Positions 23,466-36,300 are shown, counted from the first letter of the stretch. The stretch is 64,000 nt of DNA from Nageia nagi (GCA_050084985.1 JBITNC010000001.1:150350001-150414000), one strand, 5' to 3'. Notes: generated by a model not told the origin, from the sequence alone. Translations and numbers: made by a program.

Positions 23466-25243
23466 TGTATTCCTCCAAAATAATACTCAAAATCTGGGTA
23501 TCTTACTAATCTTTATTCTTTATTATTTCATTTGCCTCAGTACTCGAAAGCTATGTATATGAGAGTACCCAAGAAATCACCATTCTTTTAGAATTTCATC
23601 TCTTGAATTATTTAAACCTTCCCCCTTTTCACATTCCTATCCCTTAGAGTGTCAAGAATCATTTTGTAAATAAAGTCATCCAAAATTTTTATCTTTCTTC
23701 AATATCCGAGAAATATGTAAACAAGGCCACTTGGAGATTCTGTCAAAACACTTGTGTTAAATTTATATTCTCTCTTTAATAACCATAAGTCTACAATACC
23801 CGAAAATTTTCTCCAAATGCACCCAAGAAGTCATGTATCAAAATTGCTCGAAATCATATTTGTCGCCTTAGAGTCTTTAGGAATCATTAACATGAAAGTC
23901 CAAGACTTGTGTATATATGCAAAGTTCAACTTTTGAAAAATGCAAACAAAGCCCAGAGATTTCAAAGCATGATGTCATAATTTTCGATCAAAATAAGTGG
24001 GTCTTGGAATAGATAGTAGGCATCGTAGATTCTTGAAGATCATGGATAGAGCTTGACAATTTTAGGAGATGATGTCACAAATTGTTATGAAAATCAACGG
24101 GTCTTGGAGAAAACTAGATCATCAACAAAGCCTAGAAGAACAACATAGAGGCCGTTGAGGGAATAAAAGAGTAATGTATGAGAAAGAACACCCAGGTCCA
24201 CTTCATTTTAAGTGTTTAACCCTTGGGGCCTTGTTAATGTGTTGACACCAACTCATTTCTACATAACAATGGTAGTTCTTCTTGATCTAAGCAAACATAA
24301 TATCTACCAACCATCATTACTTTGATTACTAACATCCACAATATACATCATGAAGATTGCATAGAAGTAGATGGAGGTTAATAAAATAGATAATCAAATT
24401 ATACCAATCAATGTGCAATCAAACAACAGCTCAATCTACCATAGTACCGCTTTCAATCAGCAACAGTGCTAAACTCAATCAGCTACAGGGTTCTGGAAGG
24501 AGTAGTCAACATGTCAACAAGATTATGACTTTATGGATATGGTTGATCGAAAGTTACAAATCCCCAAAAGGTCCAAAAAAAAAAGATAGTTAATATTGAT
24601 TTAAACTTGTATATTATACAATCTAACACAATTGTAACATTTATGTAAATAACATTATTGTAGTTGTTTCATTCAGTACTAGTAATAATGTATGTTAATG
24701 AGATCCAACCACCCAAAAGGGGAGGAAGTTGTATAAATAGCTAGTTTTAGAACTTAGAAATGTTGAACATTTTAACAAATTTGCTTGATCTATAAGAGCA
24801 ATTCACACATGGTAATACAAACAGATAATGCTTTGCCCTCTTGCAATAAAGTGGCTATTATTGCTTTTGTGAATGTTATGTATGAAATGTTTACTACAAA
24901 TTATGGCTATGTATTGTGATTGTGAGACCCCAAGGGTGAGGTAGTTTGCTATTCTTAATCTTAGCTATGGATTATCGCTTGTGCTACAATGCTCGGGTTG
25001 TAAATTTTTCATTTTAGTTGTCCTTTTATCTATCTCTTTCCTGTTACTCTTTACCTTTTTATCCCTTTTCTGTTACTTTTGACCTTAAACATAGATAGGA
25101 GTCGATTTATAACCTGGATATTGAGCAAAAGATTGACACGAGCGCATTCCCACCACCTTCTGCTCTTTCAAGGAACTTATTATTGTGGCAAGTGGAGAAC
25201 ATGACCACACCAAACCCTTGAGGTTACACTATACCGATCAACA
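23466..25243 (+). repeat. Tat element 3' LTR
   Basis: TGTATTCCTCCAAAATAATACTC...CTATACCGATCAACA, followed by TSD GTTAC. Confidence 0.95.
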
Positions 25244-26168
25244 GTTACCACACAAACAACTTGGATGCTTCATATCATTTCATGTAATTTATATATGGTG
25301 CATTTGGATCATTTCGTATCATATGTATACATAGATAATTTCATGTCATAATGTGGTGCATTTGGACCATTTCATATCATATGGTGTACTTAGATCATTT
25401 CATAGCATATTGTTGGAGCATTTAGATCATTTTCATATCATATGCTATATTTGTAAAAAAATGAATAGTGATTGGTTGGTTCTACTAGGCCATCCTTTAG
25501 GAGCCCATGGCCAACACTTTGATTGGAGTTACTATGATTGAGCTCGGGTGCCTCGAGAAATAGAGGATGACATAGCCTGGAAGCATTCTCCCACTAATGG
25601 GAGAATGGTTCAAGACTACATCCTTTTTTTCTTTATTAATTCATTTGGCGATGATTTTAAACCGCCTCACATTAAAGTCTCTAAATTATGACGATTTTAG
25701 TTGCCCCTTAAACAAGAGCACCAAAAGTTTTATGTGGCGATTATTAACCACCACATTATTATTTTTTTGTGACGGCTAATAGGGTGATATATAACAACCA
25801 CATTTTTTTAAAAGATGACAATTTAATGATCTATATGGCAACATGTAGTAGAGAACTGACTTTTGATGGTATTCGCATAAATGACAATGGAATAACCACT
25901 ATTAAATGTATAAGGTGGCGGTTTATAACTGTCCCATAAACCCTTTTTGATTTTATGTCATAACCATTTATTTATCACTTATATCCAATTGTATTATGAT
26001 TTTTCAATCTAGTGTATCATTCATAACGACTCTTATATAAAATATATTGTAAACTTTTATTTACAAAATCTCATCAATACTATATGATAACAAAGTATGA
26101 TCCTTATAATAATACATATACTACGAAGAATAACACCTCATACCTTATTAAAATTATTCTAAATAAGT

Positions 26169-26280
26169 ATATCAATCCCAATCCTTAATGCTTATCATTA
26201 CTCTACTCGATGTGATCCCACATAAATATATCAATCCCAATCCTTAACGCTTATCATTTCATTACTCTACGAATGTGACC
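26169..26280 (+). repeat. ~59 bp tandem duplication upstream of the gene
   Basis: ATATCAATCCCAATCCTTAAYGCTTATCATT..ACTCTAC..ATGTGA twice. Confidence 0.8.
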
Positions 26281-26514
26281 ACCTTTAGGTACATGACCTA
26301 GTTTACTACCTCAAAATCATAGGACTACACTAGAACATTAGCAACATATAGGAAAAAAACAAACACAACAAGTACATTTGTGAGATTCCGGGGGATAGTC
26401 ATCATGCACATAAAAATATTCCTCGTTTAAGTGCAGTTATTTATTTTTTTATTTATACGCAAACGATTTGTCACAATTTCTATGACGGAATATTCTCCAA
26501 CCCTCACTCATCAT

Positions 26515-26830
26515 AACGTGATGCCGTGATCCAGGGCAGTACACTACAGAGCACAATTCCCTTTGTCCGTCCACGCTGTCGACGCCGCTTCGCCGACGTC
26601 GTCTTCATTCCATCAAATAACGGACGGCGGAGCCCCTGCCCATTCTTCAACTAAACAGATAAGCATTAAGTCAAAATTAACAGAGCCGTCAACAAATTCC
26701 CTGGTTGTTGACGAGGCCGCCGGCGACGGAAAAGGGCTGCCATAGAACGGACAACAACGCCAGGCGAATGAGCGGGCCCTGCCGGCTGTTAGACCCCACC
26801 TTCAACAGTTACCGTCAAGAGAAAGCGCAC
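26515..26830 (+). promoter_or_regulatory. CpG-rich putative promoter of the PAT gene
   Basis: Abrupt GC/CpG-rich island in CpG-depleted surroundings, 0.5-0.85 kb upstream of the ATG. TSS not determinable. Confidence 0.55.
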
Positions 26831-27361
26831 ATATTTGAACTCAACAGTGGAGATTAGCTCAAAACCCCAAATGAGGTAGACTCAAAAGCTTTACTGGTTC
26901 GCCTGTCGCTTTGCCCATCTCAAGACAAACTTTTCCGCTGGCTTTGCTTTTGTTGGATTTGCTCGGCTTTTGGAGCTTAAAATTGAATCAAATCCTCTGC
27001 AAAATCGGCTTTTCATTCCTCATAATTTTTTAGATTTTTACTTTACAAGAGCTTTCCAGAGGTCGCCCAAGGTGGAAATCTCCTCCTTTTGGTATGCCCT
27101 ACTTTATCCTTACTGAATCAGAAAGTTTTCCGTGTATTTGGAGTTTTCAAAGGGCCAGGTTTTATTAATTATGGATGCACCTGCGAAGAAGTTTAGAAAA
27201 GGTAGATCGGAGGCTGAATGTGTGAAACTAAATGAGATTTGAGGCATTTTTGAAATTGAATTGCGAGGAGAAGAGAAGGCGATTTGGGAATATGGAGCTG
27301 AGCTGAGCCTGAGTATGAGGTACGGTGTTGAGGATTTTCTTCTCGTGCGGCGAAGGATCGA

Positions 27362-27400
27362 ATGGCCAAGCGAGTTTATCAAGTCTGGAAAGGCAATAAT
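27362..27400 (+). CDS. PAT8: DHHC protein S-acyltransferase (PAT8-like), exon 1 of 5
   Basis: ATG..MAKRVYQVWKGNN then a GT donor. This is the conserved N-terminus of plant PAT5-9-type proteins and is absent from the ORF track. Exact orthology not tested. Confidence 0.9.
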
Positions 27401-28049
27401 GTAATGGCTGCGAGTCTGTTCCTTTTGTTTATGTGTTTTTCTTAATCTGTTTCTTGCTTTCTGCTTGTTTGTTTTCTGCTTTGGGAAGTTTTAGCAAGAT
27501 CATTGTTGCATCCACAAATATTGTGTTTTGATGACGAGCAGACATTTGCTCGGCTTTGTCACTTTTTGAGAACCGTTTCTCTGCCAAATCAGCAAAAACA
27601 GTATGCAAGAAAAAATTATAGCTTCTGGAAAATATTTATTTTATTCTGATTTACTTTGAGTGCTAGTTTCAGCCTTCCTCTCTTGAGATCCTGCAGCTTT
27701 TTGCATTGAGCTTCGTCTTTTTAAGTCTCATTGACCTGTTATATTAGTAATATTTCTTTCTTTCATTCGTGTTTGTGTTTCAAATATTTGCTGCAATTTA
27801 TTTTTTATTTTATGTAGCAATGGGGATGCCTCCAACATCTTTTCAAGCCTAGTGTTTCCATTTTAGTTACAGAAGGTTGGACATCTTCTAATTTTTGTAT
27901 ATGTCAAGCTAATTTATACAATGGTAAAGCGGAAAGTTTCTTTATTTCTCACCATTGGTCGATGTGTGGATAGGAAAAACATTAATAACTATAATACGTA
28001 GCAGGTTTTTTTCATAACCTAAAATGTTTGCATAGGTAGAAAAAACAAG

Positions 28050-28060
28050 ATATATATATA

Positions 28061-28114
<54 letters not shown>
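28050..28114. repeat. (TA)n microsatellite
   Basis: About 32 TA units with one interruption. Confidence 0.98.
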
Positions 28115-28118
<4 letters not shown>

Positions 28119-28509
28119 CCTTAAAGCCTTAATGATACGTTTTTGTTTCTTGTTACCCGTAACATAGTACAAGAGATTGAAGTTTAAGTAGAGAATAGTT
28201 GTGGAGATTTTTTGACGTGTACCTGCTATCTTGGTTTCATCTGCTGTAACCTATAACGCAACTATTCTCACAATGTTGGTCTTAATTCACACTTATCATG
28301 ATTGGAGTTCCGGCTATGTCAGCTTACATGCATGAAAATTTAGAATATTCAGTGGGGTTTTTTGTGCATGGGGATCTATGTTGTTCATGTTACGACAAAG
28401 CAGATTTTTCAGTGGGTTAAAGTGGCCTTTCAAATGCCAACTATTCTGAGTTCAGTCTTCGTTTGACGTAAATACATCACACAATACCATTTTGGCCTTT
28501 GTTTTGAAG

Positions 28510-28770
28510 GATAGATAGAAAGAAAGAAAGTATATTAATGTCCTTGGGTGACCAAAAATGGGCAATGGGACTATGGAGTACAATCATGCAAATGAAACCA
28601 GCGAAGCCCCTAGTGGGCAACATATAATCATATATAGCCCGTACAAAATGATCCAAACTCTAACAGGAGGGCAGAACAAAATCAAAACTAGAGAAAGGCC
28701 ATCCTGGACCTCTCCGGGGAAAGCATGGGGGTGCTCTCTACCCAGGGGAGGGACCGTCCCTAGGGATCAC
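28510..28770 (-). mobile_element. Short retroposon (LINE 3' end or SINE) with simple-repeat tail
   Basis: About 55 bp (ATATTAATGTCCTTGGGTGACCAAAAATGGGCAATGGGACT..AGTACAATC) shared with the LINE 3' end at 44516-44570, next to a (GAAA)n/(GATA)n tail. Right limit uncertain. Confidence 0.55.
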
Positions 28771-29049
28771 GCTAGAGAAAACAGGAGAATCGGTACATAT
28801 TCTTCGAAACTGTTGTTCAGAAATAACAAACCATTATTAGCAGAGTTATGGTTTCGAGGCTTCTCTCCCATAGGTATGTTTAAGTTAAATTGAAAATAAT
28901 TGCACACAAATGTATATAAAGTACCAATGATGTTACATCACACAATAAATAATTTATGATTATATCCTCAGATTTTTATGATTTCATGGGCTGCATCCTT
29001 TGATGTTATAAATAATATCTTGGTTTCATCTCTTTATGAAGTCTTATGA

Positions 29050-31905
29050 TAAATTTTTAAAGGCCTGTACCTTACATGAAGAATAATGGGAAAACCAGAC
29101 AATATTTAACTATGGGAAAATCCCTCAAAGACCATCCTTAGGCTCAACATAAGGTTTGCCATGGAGGAAAAATGTTTGCAATATGCATCTCAATCCGGCT
29201 ATGGCCTCATAACCCTGCTTGAAAACTACCTATAAACACCGAATATGTTTTTGGGAGATGCATGATCACTTTACCGGAGGATATTGCAGCATCAAAAAAT
29301 CACCTTTTGTAACTATCACACATGTTATTAAAAAACTTCGTTCTCTCATAATATTAGGCATAACTTTTTTTTCTGTGTTTCACATGTCACCCAATGATAA
29401 AATTGGAAATAACCCAAGTTTGTCTCTAAATTTGATAAACTTGTATGGCCCAAAAGATTTTGTCAGTATCTCTACAATCTGTTTTGAGTACCAAAATGAG
29501 AAAAAAATCTTCATTATAAAAAATGCATCATGTAATAGTGGTGAATGTTGATGTGCATTGATTTTCTGTGGTAACTGGGATTCTTTGCATACTTCGACAC
29601 ACTTTGAGTATCACAATGTAATGGAAGAAACTATGAGTATTGTTGCTACAAGTTGACCAAAAGCCTTTGTAAACATATTCCATTGTGGGCTGCACTTTTT
29701 GCTGTCTTGTACTGTGTCTCCATGGAAGGTAATGCATCTGTAGGCTGCTTTTTGCTTTGGAAGAAACTGGATACAGATCCAAGAGCAAAAGATTAGCTTC
29801 TTGTTATTTGTAATCATCAAGGGATTCGCAAGTCAGAATCTGTAAGACCTATCAATCTGAAATCATTGGAATACAAGCCAAAGTCTAGTGTTCCTTTGAC
29901 ATAAGTACCGAGTGTGAGTACAAGATGCCACTGTTAAGGGTTCATTCTTATTATGTTAGTACCTGCTTCATTGCCTGCTACTGATTTGTCTGCAATTGTA
30001 ACATGAACAGGGGAAGATAGTTGAATTCAGAGCATAAATATTAAAGTGGATCTAAGATAGATTAAGCTGCCTTTCAACTATCAATACACTCATACATGAA
30101 CAACTGGAGAAATAGTACAAGCTAACAATTTGTTTAGTCCCTGAATTACATTCTTACACGTGGAACCTTGGCAACATAGTGTTGGTATACCTAATTTGTG
30201 AGACAAAAATGAAATTATTAGTCTCAAAAATCTCTACGTACAAGTTGTAATGTAGGAGGCCATAATGCAATTCCTCTTGAAGAAGTAACCAAAAAGTTAT
30301 TAGCATTTGATTCTTTCCGTTGGCTCACCTATTGGACATGATAGTGCAATCCTTCTTCCTCCACACCATGCGTTGCTCATCAAGCAAAACCTGAATATCA
30401 TCCATGGATTCATGAAGGAGAGAGCCTTTGAGATTTTCATAAGTTGGTGGCTTAAATCTTGTGTCGTAAACTATAAGGGCACCTACCATTCCCTGGCAGT
30501 ATGGAGACCTTGCCTCATTGAATGGTAGGTTGGAAAAGTACTAGAAACTTGCAACAATATTCTTTGCTGTCTTGTGCCTCTTCTCATTGCATGCATTCAT
30601 ACCCTTTAGCATGGATTTTGACCTGGCATGGGACACACTACAAAAAAAGACTCATTTGTTCCACTCCCTGGGTGTGCAATTGAAGCCACTTTGCTAAAAA
30701 ACCGGCTTTGGTGCTACCAGTAACCTCTGCAGGAGGTCAAGGTCAAGAAGGTGGGGTGCCATTACGTTGTTTCTTTTTTTTGTTTGAATTCCTTCTTCTC
30801 ATAGTAGTTTGTGAGAATGACATTGCATTCTCTCTCAACATTAACCGACATCTTTGAGCATAACCTGACATCATTCCCTTTCCTCCTTGCTAGTTGATAT
30901 TTGAGGTGTTTTATGTTTTCAAATTTTTTTTCTCCACACAAATAGCAGAAAAACTCCCCCTTTTCATCCCCTTTGCATATTTCCATGTTGGATCATTTAC
31001 CTTGTCATTTTCCTACGGTTTCACATGGAAACAATGAATATGTGAAACAATGAACAAATGATTACTTAGAATTTAAGAAAAAAAAAAAATTCACTAGGGT
31101 TGAAATTCTAGTTTAACTTTAAAGTTTTAACATTGACAGGGGAAAAAAATGCAACAGTTGGCCATTGAAAACTTGCAAATGAGTTTGAATCTCAAAATAA
31201 GAAGCAAAGTGCTTGAAATCCTAGTTTAAATTTTAAACTTTGACAGTTAAAGAAATGCAACAGTTGGCTGTTGCAAACTTGAGATGAATTTGAATTTTAA
31301 AAAAAATGCTTGAAACTCTGGTTTAAATTTTTTACATTGACAGGTGAAAAAAATGCAAAAATTGGTTGCTGCAAACTTGCAATGATTTTGAATCTTAAAA
31401 AAGAAAAAAAAAATGCTTGAATGAAATTTAAAAAGAGACAAAAACATTACGCTTGAAACTTGAAAAACCTCAGAATCACAGTTAGATGGCTGTTGGTGAT
31501 TGTCAGATCCTTCCAGATCTCCAAAAATCAAGCTTTAAGTAGCAAATTGTGATTGTCAAAAATCTGGTTTTAAGAAGCAGACTGTGATGTTTTTGTCAAA
31601 AATCCAGTTTTAAGAAGCAAACTGTGATGTTTTTGGTGTTGCAGCACTTAGTTTCTCCTCTCTCACCTATTTGCATGTTTAGAAATGAAGTAAAATGTTA
31701 AAAAGTTCTGTTTTAACTTTTAAATTCACGTTTTTTGGGATAGCCGAGTCTATTTGTCAGGATTCATGAGTTTTTGAAAAACTTGCAAGTCCCGAGTTTG
31801 AGCAAACTTGGCCTGGGTCCTGAAAACTCATGGGTTAGGCTTGAGAAGCTCAGTAGAGCTGACTCAGAACAACGAATTTTTGAGTCTCGGAGGTTTGTTA
31901 CTATG
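29050..31905 (-). mobile_element. Decayed hAT transposon remnant(s) in intron 1
   Basis: BED-like finger (FFCYLCGEK..HL, ORF 30762-30986), DUF659-like pieces (CTIMS, NFLV), QPTMEYVY and HSPLLHDAF. Terminus TTGTTACTATG at 31905. 30.3-30.8 kb is similar to 42.9-43.4 kb. Left end not found. Confidence 0.7.
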
Positions 31906-32765
31906 ATCTAACATATTAGAACTAAAATATAATTATATTATAAATTGATATAATAATACTTCCTTAACCGTTATGAATATAATAATTATATAAGTAAAAA
32001 AATATACAAAAAATCATAAAAAACCACAAAACTAAATCACTAAAGCATATTAAAATCTAAATTATTGAAACAAATTAAATGTCTATATATAAAAGAATTC
32101 TCAACGAGGAGAGGTGATGCAACGTGACCTTTAATTGAAAATATGACATGTGCATCAAATTTGATCAATTGGCATATTCCCATTGATCAATTTCTGCATA
32201 ATTTGGAAGAGGAAATAAATATCTCTTTAAACAAGAAAAAAAGAAATAAAAATTTATGAGTAAAAATACATCCGTTCTTACTAAATGCAGAGTCCTGTCC
32301 AAATAAGTGAAAATCCAAAGTGTTTGTGTTTTAGCCTTATAAATTGTTGGACTTTCCTGTGTTTTCTACCAAACATCTCAGCCATCTTTGGGCATAAACC
32401 CTGATCTTTGTCACATGATAAAAATATTTTAAACTGGCAAACGTTTCAGCTAAAATTAGTACTACTGACCAAAATAAGGGCATATTTCGGAGGGATTATA
32501 TTTATTATTTTCAATAGAGAAGAAATGTTGAGGGAAATTTCCATCATTTTTTGCTTGCTACAGTTTGTTAAGCCTCTCTCACTATGTTTTTTCTTTTTCT
32601 TTTTCTTTTTCTTTTTCACTGCTCTGTTGTTATTTTTCATGAGTTTTTTTGGCGATTAACTTGCTAGAAACTGAGTTTCTGGGTGAGTGGCTGCCGGCAA
32701 GAAAAAATTGCATGTTCTTTGAGTAATCGCAAGAATCCAGTCATTTTTCCAACAGTGCTTGAAAC

Positions 32766-33053
32766 CATAGTTATGAAATTCTGCGAATATTCTGTTTATC
32801 TAGCCGAGTCAATAAAAACAAATCATTGCTCAACAATTCAACAAAAACAACGTATTTTAAGAATATGCAAGTTTTATCGAATAACATCTGAATATTCCCG
32901 AAGAATCATCATTTGATGCATATTATGTATATTTTTCATTTTTAATTTGCTGCTTTTTTTGCTGAGTTATTTTACTGAATATTCTTTGAATGGCTGAATT
33001 TCAAAATTTAGAAGTCAAATGATTATTAGCCGAATCCAAATTTCACTAGTATG
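32766..33053. mobile_element. hAT-type MITE
   Basis: Imperfect TIRs CATAGTTATGAAATT / AATTTCACTAGTATG. 8-bp TSD CTTGAAAC / GTTGAAAC. Repeated GCCGAAT and GAATATTC motifs. Confidence 0.75.
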
Positions 33054-33084
33054 GTTGAAACCACTCAAACAATATTATTTTGGC

Positions 33085-33150
33085 TTAATACCCTAATATT
33101 ATTATAATGATGTAATAATTCCTAACATTCTCCCCTTATTACATCATAGT
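33085..33150 (-). mobile_element. Copia-type PPT/LTR junction remnant
   Basis: Minus strand reads AAGGGGAGAA-TGTTAGG, resembling the junction at 13134-13150. Confidence 0.45.
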
Positions 33151-33429
33151 CCAAACAGAGGCAGGAAGAAGAAATAGCTGGACTGGGACAAACACAATAA
33201 TTCGAACAACCGCATGATGAATTAGTACACACTTAATATTTCACGAGGACAAGGATGTACACAATATGCCATGGTTTATATTATTGTGAATAGGGATACA
33301 CTTAACTGTTCATTTCTGTAAGAATAGCCTCACCAAACTCAAGGTCAAAAATAGAGACACACTCAACTATCCAAGATCTTATGATAAACGTGGATAGAGA
33401 CACACACTATCCTCCTTCAAAGTTTTGAA

Positions 33430-33772
33430 TAGGACACACATAGCTGTCCACAACATCTTTGTGACTAGGGACACAAGTGGGGGTTGATAGGGCTTGGTGG
33501 GCCTCACCTGGCTCCTTTTTTAACAATTTTTTTTTACGGCATTGAGCCTCGTGGTGCTGGGGATGGCTAGACATTGTCGGTATGGCCAGGAGATGCCTTC
33601 CTAACTGGGCTTGTCCATCTGTTCCCATTTGGGGTGCATTTCGAGGACATCATGGGGCTTGGCCTTGTGAACTAGGGACAATAGGTGATGTCCCTGATGT
33701 CATCCCCAGGTACCTGGACAGGGGATGGGAATGGTCCCAAGGAGGAAGGGGACATGTCCCTGTGTAACCATG
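33430..33772. mobile_element. Probable hAT-type MITE rich in GGGAC/GTCCC motifs
   Basis: GC-rich block with repeated GGGACA/TGTCCC. Ends in TGTAACCATG like the hAT terminus at 48842. Left TIR unclear. Confidence 0.45.
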
Positions 33773-34003
33773 ATGAATACAGTTTAGATGTGTGGTGATC
33801 TTTAATATCATGGTAATGTAGATTGATTGCGCTTAGAAATTTTATCTGTTTTGAAGTTTAGTTTTGAATCAGAACCAAAATATTGATAACCTCTGCATAT
33901 ATGAAAGCTTTAATATTTAATATTGTGGATATAACCTCTTGCCTTAAAAAATGTTCTTTCTGGACAAACTGACTGCTTATGTTCTTCTGTTTGTCATTTG
34001 CAG

Positions 34004-34189
34004 AGGTTTCTGTTTGGTGGAAGACTAGTCTTCGGACCTGATATCAGGTCATTGGCCATCACGGTTTTTTTAATTTTGGTTCCTGTGGTGATCTTCTGCG
34101 TGTTTGTTGCCAGGCATCTATTACATAAATTCTCAGGATACAATAGTGGCTTCTCAATTCTAGTGGTGACAATTATATATACATTCTAT
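34004..34189 (+). CDS. PAT8: DHHC protein S-acyltransferase, exon 2 (TM1-TM2)
   Basis: TTGCAG acceptor, RFLFGGRLVFGPDIRSL...IIYTFY, GTTAGT donor. 186 nt, phase 0. Confidence 0.95.
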
Positions 34190-35499
34190 GTTAGTCTTCT
34201 TCATCTTTTACTCGTCTATTAGTTACTATGTTTAAAAGCTAAATATCAAGTTTCTTGAGAAGTCATCTTTGCAAATTTCTTTTTGGTGAAAATTTCTGAT
34301 TCTTTATCCCTTGCATATATGTTCTATGGTAGTTTTCTTCATATTTTGCTTTATAGTTAGTTATTCCTTTTATTTTAAGTTCATTTTTCTTTTAATTATT
34401 ATTGTAAACAACACATTGCCTCAGAGGTAAATCATACATGTCTTTCCAAAATTTAAAATTTTAATGTTTTTTATATGCTGCTTGTCTTTGTAATTTCTTT
34501 TCTCTATGTTTGTTTCTGTGAGATTTTTTAACATGCAAAAATTCAGGCTGCCTCAAGTTATTTCACCAAGTCTAATCCATACAATATTCAGGGAACAAAT
34601 AAACAAAGTGACAAATTAAACATGCGTATCGCCATAACATGATAAAGGGGTAGAGAGTCATCGTTTTCATTTCCTTCTAGAAAAGGCAGATTTGCCATGC
34701 TTTTAAATGAATGCAATACTTCATTAAATAGAAGTTGGTTCTCATTGCAAAACACATACAGATTTTGCCTTTTTATGTGCAAGCTACTTTAGACACTTGT
34801 TTTGTGTATACCATAGTAAATACTTGTCATAAATAAAAGAATGAATGCATGCATGAAAATTTATGTATGAATGGATAAAGTACAGGATGCATTCTTTCTA
34901 TGAAATTCTCTGGATCATTCTCGATTTTCATCAACCAATACAATGCTGAATCCTGCAAAATACCTTGAAGATTTAACTTATCATCGTAACATCCATCAAG
35001 CAGATTTGCTTTCAAACGCTGTTAAAAATGGGAAGCAGACAGATTTTCTTAATAAATATGATGAAATGGAATGCAAAAACTGGTCTTGTAAGTTCCTCTC
35101 TGAGATGAACCAAAGAAATCGAAGTCTCGGCTTGTATCTCTCCCTCAATCAGATGTATGAGATCGGTTTTGACCTGCCATTTTGGAGCTCACATAGTCAT
35201 TAATTCATTTCAATCCTTGTCTTAAGCTGTATATATGATGATAATCTTCCAACTCTTTGAGTTATGAGGGAGGGAGACCTAACAGTGTTCTAACATTCAG
35301 CATTTGTGAAGAAGGTTACCCGCCTGATTCCTATTGGTGCCAAGTTTGAGTAGGGATAATGCTAAAACAGTATCATTTTTACGAAAATATGTAGTTCTCT
35401 ATTGATCTTGCCATTGTATTATGGGAAAATAATATGCTGAAAAGCACGAATCATAACATTGATGTTAAGTGCTGAAGATTTGGCCTCTGCACTTTAAGT

Positions 35500-36300
35500 G
35501 GCTTGACTCGAGGAAATGACCATACATTTTTGAACAGTTGCAGTCTCAAAAGTAGGGTTTCTCAGGTTCAGATTGAAAAAGAGCCATACCTGTAATTCTA
35601 GCAATCCTACCTTGGTGGAAGTCAAAACTGAAAGCACAATCACGTAAGTCATTCTACCATTTGTGGTTGATTTGTAACGGATTTTGACTTGGGCCACTTG
35701 ACTCATATTGTCAATATTGGAGGGATGTTGAGGGTTGAAGATTTGTGTCATGCTGCTTCCTCATAGGCCAAGGTTTTCAATCATGTCAAAGTTCCCATGG
35801 TTCAAGGACATTGACATAATCTTTGACATTGTCATTCGACTCATCCATAAAGAATGCAGATCTATGTATCCCTTTCCCTTTCATTCCCTTATTGAACATT
35901 TATCTTTTTCAAAATTGTTCAATGTATCTTCATATCTCCTTCTCGTATGAAATTCTTTAAGTCAAGGACATAGTCCTCTTCAGTCTTATCACTAAAGTCA
36001 TAGGAATCGTGCCTGATTGGTGCTGGAAATTTTTAAAATCAAGGACTTCATACTCTGACAAGGTTTGTGCCCATATATTCCACCAATTTTAGGCCATTCC
36101 TGCAAATGTAGGCAGCAAGTCTGGTATGTCTTCTTCAGACATTGCAATATTGGGAAAATGACTCCAATTTGTAAGTCCAAGACCTTGCATGTACTTTCCT
36201 TTCACCATTCAAAGTTGGTATCTTTAACTTGTTGAGGTACTTTTTGTTGAAGAACTTCTGTTGTAGGTCATTTTGCTCTAAGCCTTATTGAATATCACAT
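35500..36300 (-). pseudogene. Ty3/gypsy gag remnant in intron 2
   Basis: Minus strand reads KLKIPTLNG..ARSWTYKLESF, G.A*NWWN and FMDESNDNVKDYVNVLEP, a retrotransposon Gag pattern with frameshifts. Confidence 0.55.

Larger units (their letters stand above)
5898..25243 (+). mobile_element. Full-length Ty3/gypsy LTR retrotransposon, Tat lineage (gag-PR-aRH-RT-RH-INT plus 3' extra ORF), decayed
   Basis: Two 1778-bp LTRs. Perfect 5-bp TSD GTTAC (5893-5897 and 25244-25248). tRNA-Arg-type PBS, gypsy domain order and an additional RNase H. Confidence 0.95.
1..26014 (+). mobile_element. Decayed CACTA (En/Spm) DNA transposon, 3' portion, hosting nested L1, Tat and copia insertions
   Basis: Transposase remnant at 1-1470. 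The same internal repeat family (GATCATATGGTGTATTT..ATCATTTCATAT) occurs on both sides of the Tat insertion (1.5-5.7 kb and 25.26-25.45 kb). Short GGCG/GACG-containing subterminal-like repeats at 25.64-25.95 kb end in TAGTG (reverse complement of CACTA) at 26010-26014. The left terminus is outside the window, so TIR and TSD cannot be confirmed. Confidence 0.6.

Noticed and set aside
27942-28172. 76-aa ORF with IY repeats
   Set aside because: Translation of the (TA)n microsatellite.
36060-36110. Endogenous caulimovirid capsid motif (FAGMA*NWWN)
   Set aside because: Flanking KLKIPTLNG/ARSW..KL motifs fit Ty3/gypsy Gag. No movement protein or viral RT nearby.
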